A stretch of 37,616 bases of DNA from Octopus bimaculoides. Taxonomy: Eukaryota. This document shows positions 1-9,293 of this stretch, piece by piece. The notes beneath the pieces were generated by a model. The model did not search any database and was not told the origin of the DNA. It saw nothing but the letters and a program-made list of their open reading frames with translations. The position numbers were made by a program, and so were the translations under genes. Position 1 is the stretch's first letter. Each line of letters opens with the position of its first letter. The stretch is from the NCBI RefSeq assembly GCF_001194135.2, contig NC_068987.1, forward strand, positions 101,176,879-101,214,494, written 5' to 3'.

Positions 1-48
<48 letters not shown>
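1..48. repeat. (CA)n microsatellite
   Basis: Pure CA dinucleotide run at the window start. Confidence 0.98.
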
Positions 49-49
<1 letters not shown>

Positions 50-312
50 GCACGCATAAACACTCACATTCCAAGACATTCTTTTTTTCTCCCAATAAAC
101 TGTTTCGCATCTCAATATTTCCTAATTACATGTATTCTGTCCTCTCGTCGCGTGCATAATTATAATTGAAGTCTAAAAATATTATTACAGTATCTCCTCT
201 TTCTTTTCATTTTCTTCTTCATACTACTAACGATACTGCTGCTGCTACTGCTGTTTCCACCACCACCACCATTACTACAACTTCTACGACTACTACGTAT
301 ACTAGATAAAGT

Positions 313-506
313 TTGCCACAAGGCCAGCAATTTCGAGAGAGGTATAAATCAATTACATCGACTCTAGTATACAAGTGGTACTTATTTTATTGACTACGAT
401 AGGATGAAAGGCTAAGTTGATCTTGCTAGAATTTGAACTCAGAACGTACAGATGGATGAAATGGTGTTAAGCATCTTATCCAGTATGCTAACGGTTTTAT
501 CAGCTT
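313..506 (-). mobile_element. tRNA-derived SINE family A, degraded copy
   Basis: Contains ggatgaaaggctaagttgatc and gaatttgaactcagaacgta (reverse B-box GAGTTCAAATTC), in the same motif order as the intact copy at 9912-10142. Confidence 0.65.
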
Positions 507-1158
507 GTGGCCCTGACTACTTCTTACAATTTAGCATAGCTACAATTGGAGCAACATATGTAAACTTTATTTGTCATGACTTCGCCATTCATTCTTTCAG
601 GGATAATAGAATATGTATCAGTCGAGCATTTGGATCGATACAATCGACTTTCCTCCTCCCTGAAATTGCTGGCATTGCGCCAAAATTTGAAACGAATATA
701 TGCACGACCAAATATTCGGACACCAAACTGACAATGATTACCGAAGATGACTGCACTGGATTTGTTTTTAGGAACCTGACAAGAGAGTTAAGAAATGGGA
801 ATAACGATATAAAGATTTAAGAGATGTTATTTTTCTTTGTAATGTTGTTCATGTATGTATTATAAGATATTTTTTAACATCTAATTTATGTATATTTACG
901 TTTATATTATGTACGACTTTTTTTTATAAAACAAAACATACAACCATTTACGAAACTTGTACAATTCATCGAAAAGTAAATATTGACGTCTATTCATAAT
1001 TAAAATTCGTGCCATCCTACAGCGGAGACGTTCAAGGTGACGATGGCAAAATTAAAGATGACCATAATCAGCATTGAAACTAATGAAAGTGAAGATGACG
1101 ATGGTGAATTTTAGGTTGACAAAAATCAACGACAAATTTGGTGGGAAAACCTGTATAA

Positions 1159-1372
1159 TCTTTTCTACTCTAGGCTCAAGGTCTGAATTTTTGGGGGAGG
1201 GGTTCAGTCGATCAGATCGGCCTCAGTACACATCTGGTACTTAATTTATCGACCCCGAAAGGATGAAAAGCAAAGTCGACGACGGCAGAATTTGAACTCA
1301 GAACGTAAAGACAGACAAAATACCGCTAAGCATTTTGCCCGGTGCATTAATGATTTTGCCAGCACGCCGTCT
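1159..1372 (-). mobile_element. tRNA-derived SINE family A, near full length
   Basis: tcgaccccgaaaggatgaaaagcaaagtcgac...gaatttgaactcagaacgt...taccgctaagcattttgcccgg matches the reverse complement of 9912-10050. Confidence 0.88.
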
Positions 1373-1544
1373 TATCAATACGTATTTTCTAATATGCTCA
1401 TGTTTTTCCTTTGAAATGCATATGTTTTTTTTTACAGTTTCATTACTTTTTCGGCTCATGAACAGCAACAACGACGACGAAGCCTTGACACCATATCAGC
1501 ATCAATATCAAAAAATACCTCGAGGGAGCCGCTACGTGATCATT

Positions 1545-1955
1545 TTACCTCCTTGAAATATCAGCCAAATATCAAATCTCATTTGTCTTAAAGAAAGAGC
1601 ACATTAAAAAAATGTAATCCTACATAGCACTGTGTAGCCATAAAAGATGAGATGGTTACGGGTGGAATACATTTCATCACAGTCTTGCCCAGTTAGTCTT
1701 GACCTGGTAATAAACAACAACATCGGCAACAATATCAACAACGTTAGCCAAAGAGGGAAGCTTTTTGCCGTCGCTTACCCTGTTAGAAATAGTCAAATTC
1801 TTTTTAATTACATTCTAAAATCTTCAAAGTAATGAAGGATACATTGGCCAAATAGTCTTAGGTATAGGAAAGTATGAGTTGGTCATAGAATATCCTTGGT
1901 CATGAATATCATCAACCAGAGCTGAATTGGAACTACAAAGCAGCAACAACCAAAG
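1545..1955 (+). mobile_element. Two tandem degraded copies of an unclassified interspersed repeat (family D, SINE-like 3' part ending in AAC repeats)
   Basis: Shared motif order gaaata.cagccaaat ... gatggt.acgg.tggaat ... gacctgg..aaacaacaac at about 1545-1722 and 1780-1955; related text at 2785-2945 and, reversed, near 29225-29300. Confidence 0.4.
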
Positions 1956-2233
1956 CGACTCTATATTGTCGGTCCATTGATACCAACATAGTCATCAACA
2001 TCACCATCCTGAGCCAATTAGGGGGATTTAACATGCATAACTAACCTGCTAAAAATAGTATTCAAATTTCACCACCACCACTCGACCATAGTACAAAAAA
2101 GGAAAACACTTCTTAAAATGTAATTTTAGCCTTTTGCCAAAACAAAGTGTTTTTATGGGTTTGTCCGAAACGTCTTCGCTTGTTTACACACTTTTAGTTA
2201 GCTTCTCCTTCATACGCTCTGAATAATATAGAA

Positions 2234-2519
2234 CAGGGGTTTTCAAACTTTTTGACTTGCGGACCCCTTTATATTTCAGGCTTTACCTTATAAACGCTTA
2301 TGAAATTTATACATAAATATTTGCTTAAAATAACATATATTTTTACATTTATTTATTTAAACAGTATTTAACAAATAGGTTTATTGTCAATTAAAATATT
2401 TCGATTAAAAAACATATATAAAATCAAATTGCCCATAAAAAGTATTTGCTGTCCACGTACCCACTGTCTTGTCCTTGCGGACCCCCTGTGGTCCGGGGAC
2501 CACAGTTTGAAAACCCCTG
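2234..2519. mobile_element. Non-autonomous hAT (Charlie/Buster-like) MITE, 286 bp
   Basis: 16-bp perfect TIR caggggttttcaaact / agtttgaaaacccctg; perfect 8-bp TSD atatagaa at 2226-2233 and 2520-2527; no ORF; subterminal ttgcggacccc near both ends. Confidence 0.92.
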
Positions 2520-2784
2520 ATATAGAACATTCCTATCATAAGTCCCAGTTTACTCTGGTGGTCGAAAAAAATTCGGAATGTGTATCATATATGATGCATG
2601 GACACCAGGGAAATATTGTCCCGTGTATCATGTGATACACGGGACAGACAAAGGGCTGAATACGCAAAAAGGTGTTTCGGACATATCTTCGATATCTTTA
2701 ATTATAGGTCAGTTCGATGAAGGCTGACGTGAAGCTAAATAACAAAAACATTATTATCATCACTAGCAACAATACCATGAAGCT

Positions 2785-2945
2785 GTCTCCTGTTGCTAGA
2801 AAAAATAGCCAATCTCTCTTATATCACACATTATTGTCCCAAGAAGAAAAATTAAAATTTGAAAAATAATGAAGTGATTGTCACGGATGGAATGCCTTAT
2901 CTCATGTGTCTGATTGGTGATAATAAACCTAGTGTTAGAGAACAA
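2785..2945 (+). mobile_element. Family D degraded copy
   Basis: gtgattgtcacggatggaatgccttatctcatgtgtctg resembles gagatggttacgggtggaatacatttcatcacagtcttg at about 1648-1686. Confidence 0.35.
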
Positions 2946-3034
2946 TAAGCAAGAATAAACAAGTTATCACGAACACGTGACTAGCCTGACGACCATTGAC
3001 CCTAGCCAGTTCGATTCTGGCAACAAACGGAATC

Positions 3035-3171
3035 AACATCACCACCACCAATAACTTCACCAATATTAGAAACATCATCAAAACCAATGTCACCATAACG
3101 AGAACCACCACCACAAACATCAACACCACCACCACCACCACCAGCATCATCATCGATGTCGTTATCATCAT

Positions 3172-3227
<56 letters not shown>

Positions 3228-3240
3228 TATCGTCAACATC
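3035..3240. repeat. (CAC)n/(CAT)n trinucleotide low-complexity tract
   Basis: Long catcatcat run; explains the poly-S and poly-D ORFs. Confidence 0.95.
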
Positions 3241-3492
3241 TACAACAAGAATAGTAGCAGTTTCCTGTAGCCAATATTTGTGAAATTCTAAGTGAACTAA
3301 GGAGCGCTTCACTCGGACATTTTAACTGGGAAATATTATAATTGGAATTTAGCGATTGTTTCGGGACATATTGTAGGATCCCCTAAAGGTTCTTGAAGTA
3401 CCTCAGCAGTAGCTAACAGTTGTAGCTATTTACAACAATTAACATATGCTATATATATATATTTACACACAAACATATATGCATACGTACGA

Positions 3493-3523
<31 letters not shown>

Positions 3524-4167
3524 CGTGTGTGTGTGTGTGCACATGACATGAAATCATGCATGAAGTAGTTCCTTTTAGTAATTACGAACGAATGAGAAGT
3601 CTTTCACATTAGAAGTAGCTGTTGGTTGGAATAACTTAAGCTAAGTAAAATTCCTATTGTCAGCTTCAGAAACGACCGGAAGTACGTTGTGGACAGCTAT
3701 TACAACAAGCTATTTCTATAGGGGAAGCAGTTTTCATTAAGTTGCAAACGTCACATTTAAATAGAGAGAGTTTGTCTTATTAAACAAAGACTAATATAAT
3801 ACATGTTTGTGGATTAACGTGAATTTTAATATACTCTGCATATAATTACTTCACAATATACATATAAATACAATTGGTTGGGTGTTGGGAGAACATGTAT
3901 GCTGGAATACTTATACAAGTATACATATAGTGAAACCGTACACTATAGACTCAGAAAACATCATGTATTTTAAAATTATTTTTTAGTAACTTGTCATTTA
4001 AATTTATGCATTTTTAAAAATCGATATTGTCGTAAATCTATAGAATTTTTATTAACATATAGCTGCTACCTGGATTTGAACGCACAGAATCATAATCAAA
4101 TTTCTCAAAGAAACTAGCTCCATATTTTACGTGTTCTACCACTCCATTATCTCAATATTTGTTTCTA

Positions 4168-4290
4168 GTTCGACTTTGCCTTTCATCCTTTTTGGGGTCG
4201 ATAAGTTAAATACTAGTTGCCTACTAGGGTCGATCTAATCGAGTGACTGCCTTCTCCAAAATTTTGGGCCATGTGAAAAGAAAAGAATAT
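4168..4290 (+). mobile_element. SINE family A, 3' half
   Basis: gttcgactttgcctttcatcctttttggggtcgata...gggtcgatctaatcga...aaaattttgggccatgtg...aaagaata. Confidence 0.75.
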
Positions 4291-4445
4291 TTGTTCCTAG
4301 TATAGGTACAAGGCCCGGAATTTTGTGAAGGGGGACCAGTGAATTATATCGACAGCAGTTCGTGACTGATACTTATTTTTGTTTTATTAAGTCGGGAAAT
4401 CCGAAACGCACAGCTGATTTCAGGTGGATTTAGACTTAAAAACAT
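4289..4445 (-). mobile_element. SINE family A, degraded, tail-to-tail with the previous copy
   Basis: ctagtataggtacaaggcccggaattttg...tatatcgac...gatacttattt is the reverse-complement tail and central part. Confidence 0.6.
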
Positions 4446-4540
4446 AGAGATATAATTACAGAACAAAAACAAAAAAATTATTTTGACTGCTTCTCCCACA
4501 CCATTACCTTGATAATGGTTTCTAATATATTTAAAAAACC

Positions 4541-4945
4541 AACAATTTACAAGGAAGGGTAGGTGATACCGTCAGCCTCAGTACTTGACTGGCACTTATC
4601 TCATCCACTCCGAAAGTATGAAAGACAACGTTGGCCCTCAGTAAAATTTGAACTCAGATCGTAGAGAGCCGTAATATATAATCCCTTCTACTATAGGCAG
4701 AAGACCTGAAATTTTATAGAAGGGGGCAAATCGATTAGATCGATACCAGTACGTAACTGGTACTTTATTTATCGACCCCGAAAGGATAAACGGTAAAGTC
4801 GACCTCGGCGGAATTTGAACTCAGAACGTAGCGACGGACAAAATACCACTAAGAATTTCATCCAGCGTGCTAACGAGTCTGCCACCTCACCGCCTTAGAA
4901 CCATAATATATAATGCAAAGCAATTCTCCGACGATCTCACTATCA
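4541..4945 (-). mobile_element. Older SINE family A copy interrupted by a younger copy
   Basis: 4541-4682 (ccgaaagtatgaaag...aaatttgaactcagatcgtagagagccgtaat) resumes after 4914 (gcaaagcaattctccgacg). Confidence 0.6.
4683..4897 (-). mobile_element. SINE family A, full length, nested in the older copy
   Basis: Complete body (aaagtcgacctcggcggaatttgaactcagaacgtagcgacggac); flanked by gagccgtaatatataat (4666-4682) and gaaccataatatataat (4898-4914). Confidence 0.9.
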
Positions 4946-4955
4946 TTGTCATAAT

Positions 4956-5090
4956 TTTTTTCTACTGTAAGCACAAGGGTTGAAGTTGATAACTATTCTA
5001 TCGACCCCGAAAGTATGAAAGGGCTTGAAGTTGATACTTATTCTGTTGACCCCGAATTTATGAAAAGTAATGGTGACCTCGGCAAAATTC
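4956..5090 (-). mobile_element. SINE family A fragment with internal ~44-bp tandem duplication
   Basis: gggttgaagttgataactattctatcgaccccgaaagtatgaaa followed by gggcttgaagttgatacttattctgttgaccccgaatttatgaaaa. Confidence 0.7.
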
Positions 5091-5297
5091 ATTATTGTAA
5101 TGATAACAACAAAATTAATTGTGGCAACACTGGCGGAAGCTAGCTTCGTTAGCCATGGATTACTGATCCGTCCTGCAGAATGTCTTCAGAGCAGACTGAT
5201 CCACTGCGGAGTAGAAGCCGTTATTCCATATTAAACGAAAGACGAAGCCTTCCATCTAGCCAGATGCGACCTGAAAATTAATGATGATTATTTATAC

Positions 5298-5488
5298 TAC
5301 AGTTCTATATTTAAAAGATGAGGAATTATGTACATTATTTACATTATTTACATTTGACAGATATTTGTCTTCATCTTGTTTGTTGTTAACACAACGTTTC
5401 GGCTGGTATACCCTCCAGACTTCTCCAGGTGTCTTGGGGAAATTTCGAACCTGGGTTCTCATTCTTAAGGTATCTTTCGATGTTGTTG

Positions 5489-5549
<61 letters not shown>
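5298..5549 (-). mobile_element. Penelope-like (PLE) terminal-repeat-derived non-autonomous element carrying a hammerhead-like motif, headed by (AAT)n
   Basis: Minus strand reads (AAT)n-aacatcgaaagatacc...gacacctggagaagtctggagggtataccagccgaaacgttgtgtt. Minimal hammerheads in PLE terminal repeats are established; the boundaries are inferred. Confidence 0.55.
5388..5433 (-). ncRNA. Degenerate minimal type-I hammerhead ribozyme motif
   Basis: GACAC-CUGGAGAA-GUCUGG-AGGGUAUA-CCAGCC-GAAAC-GUU-GUGUU: stem I, core (A6 to G versus CUGANGA), stem II with one mismatch, GAAAC, NUH. Confidence 0.55.
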
Positions 5550-5550
<1 letters not shown>

Positions 5551-5551
<1 letters not shown>

Positions 5552-5619
5552 CGTGGTGTGGTTAAGAGCGCGGGTTACTAACCTCAAGATTCCGAATTCG
5601 ATTCCAGGTAGTGACCTGA
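5551..5619 (+). mobile_element. tRNA-like Pol III head (SINE-type, not a functional tRNA) followed by (AAT)n
   Basis: A-box-like gtggtgtggttaag, anticodon-arm-like gggttactaacct, B-box-like gaattcgattcc; acceptor and T stems do not close. Confidence 0.6.
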
Positions 5620-5821
5620 ATAATAATAATAAAAGTGCCAAAAATGTGAAAACAACATCCATTCATGAATTTATTTATTTATTTATTTATTTACATACAT
5701 ATTTTACCTGTGAATTTGCGTGTGTAAACTGGGAAGGCATACAATGAGTTTCTCTGCCCTAGGTGTAAGGAAAACACTCGGCGAGAAATGGAAGACAATT
5801 TGAAGAAAGAAAAAGAAATAC

Positions 5822-5886
<65 letters not shown>

Positions 5887-5900
5887 AAGAAGAAGAAGAA
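5822..5900. repeat. (AAT)n then (AAG)n microsatellite running into a gap
   Basis: Direct inspection. Confidence 0.97.
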
Positions 5901-6532
5901 NNNNNNNNNNNNNNNNNNNNNNNNNNNNNNNNNNNNNNNNNNNNNNNNNNNNNNNNNNNNNNNNNNNNNNNNNNNNNNNNNNNNNNNNNNNNNNNNNNNN
6001 NNNNNNNNNNNNNNNNNNNNNNNNNNNNNNNNNNNNNNNNNNNNNNNNNNNNNNNNNNNNNNNNNNNNNNNNNNNNNNNNNNNNNNNNNNNNNNNNNNNN
6101 NNNNNNNNNNNNNNNNNNNNNNNNNNNNNNNNNNNNNNNNNNNNNNNNNNNNNNNNNNNNNNNNNNNNNNNNNNNNNNNNNNNNNNNNNNNNNNNNNNNN
6201 NNNNNNNNNNNNNNNNNNNNNNNNNNNNNNNNNNNNNNNNNNNNNNNNNNNNNNNNNNNNNNNNNNNNNNNNNNNNNNNNNNNNNNNNNNNNNNNNNNNN
6301 NNNNNNNNNNNNNNNNNNNNNNNNNNNNNNNNNNNNNNNNNNNNNNNNNNNNNNNNNNNNNNNNNNNNNNNNNNNNNNNNNNNNNNNNNNNNNNNNNNNN
6401 NNNNNNNNNNNNNNNNNNNNNNNNNNNNNNNNNNNNNNNNNNNNNNNNNNNNNNNNNNNNNNNNNNNNNNNNNNNNNNNNNNNNNNNNNNNNNNNNNNNN
6501 NNNNNNNNNNNNNNNNNNNNNNNNNNNNNNNN
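5901..6532. other. Assembly gap (N). Other gaps: 8944-9043, 13628-13642, 14634-15413, 20951-21696, 26020-26268, 34663-34672, 36179-37083
   Basis: Runs of N, mostly flanked by simple repeats. Confidence 0.99.
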
Positions 6533-6540
6533 TATATATG

Positions 6541-6761
6541 TATGTGTGTCTGTGTTTGTCCCACCCCCGACATCGCTTGACAACCGATGCTGGTGTGTTT
6601 ATGTCCCCGTAACTTAGCGGTTCGGCAAAAGAGTCCGATAGAATAAGTACTAGGCTTCTAAAGAATAAGTCCTGGGGTCGATTTGCTCAACTAAAGCGGT
6701 GCTCCAGCATGGCCACAGTCAAAAGACTGAAACAAGTAAAAGAGTAAAAGAGTAAAAGAGT
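6541..6761 (+). mobile_element. SINE family B (central plus 3' part), (GTAAAAGA)n tail
   Basis: tccccgtaacttagcggttcggcaaaagag...aataagtactagg...ggggtcgat...ggtgctccagcatggcc.cagtc.aa.gactgaaacaag; a second copy lies reversed at 37307-37545. Confidence 0.85.
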
Positions 6762-7142
6762 CAGGCACGCTAACATTAAGAAATGTTAAGCTTAGGAAAT
6801 TTCGCTGATGATCATAGCAAACTTTACACCTAATTAGGAACAGTGTGGAAGTTTTGTGAGGATATCTATCTGATTATAGTGGTGAGAAAGAAAGGCTAAG
6901 ATAAACAGAGTGAATCTCATAAATGCACATGATTTAACATTAAATAAATGAATTGGAATTAAGAAAGTGAAACAATGGTAAGTCTAGAATATATGTAACC
7001 AACAAAACATGTCATCTTAAGAATAAGAGACAAAAATCAAAGACGTGTACTAGTGACATTGCATTTATTCTTACGGCAGAATTTATTATTTTTTTAATCA
7101 TTGATCACTTCAAAAATAATAATACGTTAATCATTTCACAAG

Positions 7143-7451
7143 TGGACGCGCAATGGCCCAGTGGTTAGAGCAGCGGACTCGCGGTCGGAGGATGGCTGTT
7201 TCGATTCCCAGACCGGGCGTTCTGTGTGCTTATTGAGCGAAAACACCAAAAGTCCCACGAGGCTCCGGCAGAGGGTGGTGGCGACCCCTGTTGTACTCTT
7301 TCGCCCCAACTTTCTTTCTCTTTCTTCCTGTTTCTTGAGTAAAAGCAGCGATGGCCTGGCGTCCCTTCCAGCTGGGGAGAACACATACGCCATAGAAACC
7401 GGGAAACCGAGCCTATGAGCCTTGCTAGGCTTTAAAAGGGGCGCAAAAAAA
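7143..7451 (+). mobile_element. tRNA-derived SINE family C, full length with A-tail
   Basis: A-box tggcccagtggttag, B-box-like gtttcgattccc, A-tail; 14-bp TSD with 2 mismatches, aatcatttcacaag (7129-7142) / aatcataacacaag (7452-7465). Possibly related to the published octopus tRNA-Arg-type OR SINEs (not verified). Confidence 0.85.
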
Positions 7452-8059
7452 AATCATAACACAAGCAAGTTATAATTTTCATGCAATAAATAGGAAATTT
7501 AACGTGCTGAGGCGACTAAATATAGAACAAAAGAATTAATCATAGCACATAGAATAATAGGCTTGCCTAAATATCAAAAGGGTATGAGAGATTAAACCAG
7601 AACAGAAGGAAGCAAAAGTCTCTTAGAATAGGAAACTCATTTTATGAGATACTGTGGTTTTACATAAGTATTTAAAAGTAATAGGTAGACGAAGGCAAAT
7701 AGTTAAGCAATACTAATACAAAAATCATTCTTTATAAACAGAGAGGCTGAGAAATACACAAAAGAATTTGTATTACTACTAAAGGTAGTTAGGGACAAGA
7801 AAAGAAATAGACACGTGAATTTTTAGGACAAAATGTAGCATTTAGTAAATATACGATGCACAAGTAAGCAACTTTGAGCACACACTCACACGCATGCACG
7901 TATTCATTTATATAAAACTTCTGGTTTAGCCAAAAGAATATATAATTCTACACTTGTATCACATATTTGGAAGAAGTCTACTTCGATTGGACCAAACACA
8001 GCAAAGAGTACTAATATATGTATGTGAATCTGTGCATGTTGCATGTATGTGTGTACAAA

Positions 8060-8190
8060 GATAAATAAATACATGTAAGCATACATACATATATACGTAC
8101 ATACATACATACATGTGTTTCTGTGTGCGTGTGTATAAATGCATACATACATACATACATACATACATACATACATACATACATACATAG
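8060..8190. repeat. (CATA)n microsatellite region
   Basis: Direct inspection. Confidence 0.95.
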
Positions 8191-8720
8191 AGATAAGGAG
8201 GTTCTCAGCAATGAAAGAAAAACCAGGCGGCCTCTATAGTGAGTTTTGAAACGATTTCTAAACTCAAAAATGATAACACCGACAACCTATACAATACAAT
8301 ATAAAGAAAAGTTATTCTATTCCAAACTTTGACAAAGAGATAATGCAAAGAAAATATATATGTAATATGGTTATCAGCCACTTAGGTAGATATTTGAAAT
8401 CATGTGTCCATTTCTAAACAAAAACTGACAGCCATAGGGAATTCTGAAACGAGGTCAAATGCTAGGACCATCTCCTCTCAGAAAATCAACATGCTTCCAA
8501 AAACAAGGAAAGGCATTTGAATTATGAATTGTAATTTCTCAGTGGAGGTTTACTTCTGATATTTTAGACCTTAGTGAAACATGCGATCATACAATGGTCT
8601 CCAGCTATTAAGTTCCGATATTTCTGGAAGAATGTCAGAAAATTATTCGTTTAGAAAAGCTGCCCTTTCATTGCTTCACATTTCTTTATTTTCTACTATA
8701 GATATATTTCTTCCTCAATG

Positions 8721-8721
<1 letters not shown>

Positions 8722-8777
<56 letters not shown>

Positions 8778-8791
8778 TTCTTTCTTTCCCT

Positions 8792-8827
<36 letters not shown>

Positions 8828-8943
8828 TTTCACTCTCTCTCTCTCTCTCTCTCTCGCTCTCTTGTCTCTCTCACCTCCTTCATTTCCATAATATATGTAT
8901 GTGTGTGTGTATGTATGTATGTATGTATGTGTGCATGTATGTA
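8722..8943. repeat. (TC)n/(TTTC)n/(TATG)n compound microsatellite
   Basis: Direct inspection. Confidence 0.95.
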
Positions 8944-9251
8944 NNNNNNNNNNNNNNNNNNNNNNNNNNNNNNNNNNNNNNNNNNNNNNNNNNNNNNNNN
9001 NNNNNNNNNNNNNNNNNNNNNNNNNNNNNNNNNNNNNNNNNNNTATCTATCTATCTATCTATCTATCTATCTGTATAAAGGAAGAAATCAAACGGCAGGA
9101 GAGAACGGTTCGACAAAATCAACCTCGTCCTCTACCAACATTACCATACAGTTAATACCGTCGATTCTTTTATGCAAGAATTGGTCTACTTCGTCATCAA
9201 CACTATCGCCATCCTGGAAGCTTTCAGCAAAGAAGAAAGTTGACGACGACG

Positions 9252-9293
<42 letters not shown>

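Noticed and set aside
452-820. 122-aa ORF
   Set aside because: It begins inside a SINE remnant and has no recognisable motif or splice context.
2150-2185. gaaacgtc as a fourth hammerhead
   Set aside because: No CUGANGA-like core or stem II upstream.
2935-3312. Poly-D and poly-S ORFs
   Set aside because: They are (CAT)n translations.
5551-5619. Functional tRNA gene
   Set aside because: Acceptor and T stems do not pair; treated as a SINE-type head. The same applies to 7143-7215.
9100-9215. Adenylyl cyclase exon call
   Set aside because: Only a short motif resemblance; no other cyclase exons were found on the minus strand, and antisense codon bias explains the D/E/V content. Kept only as a low-interest finding.
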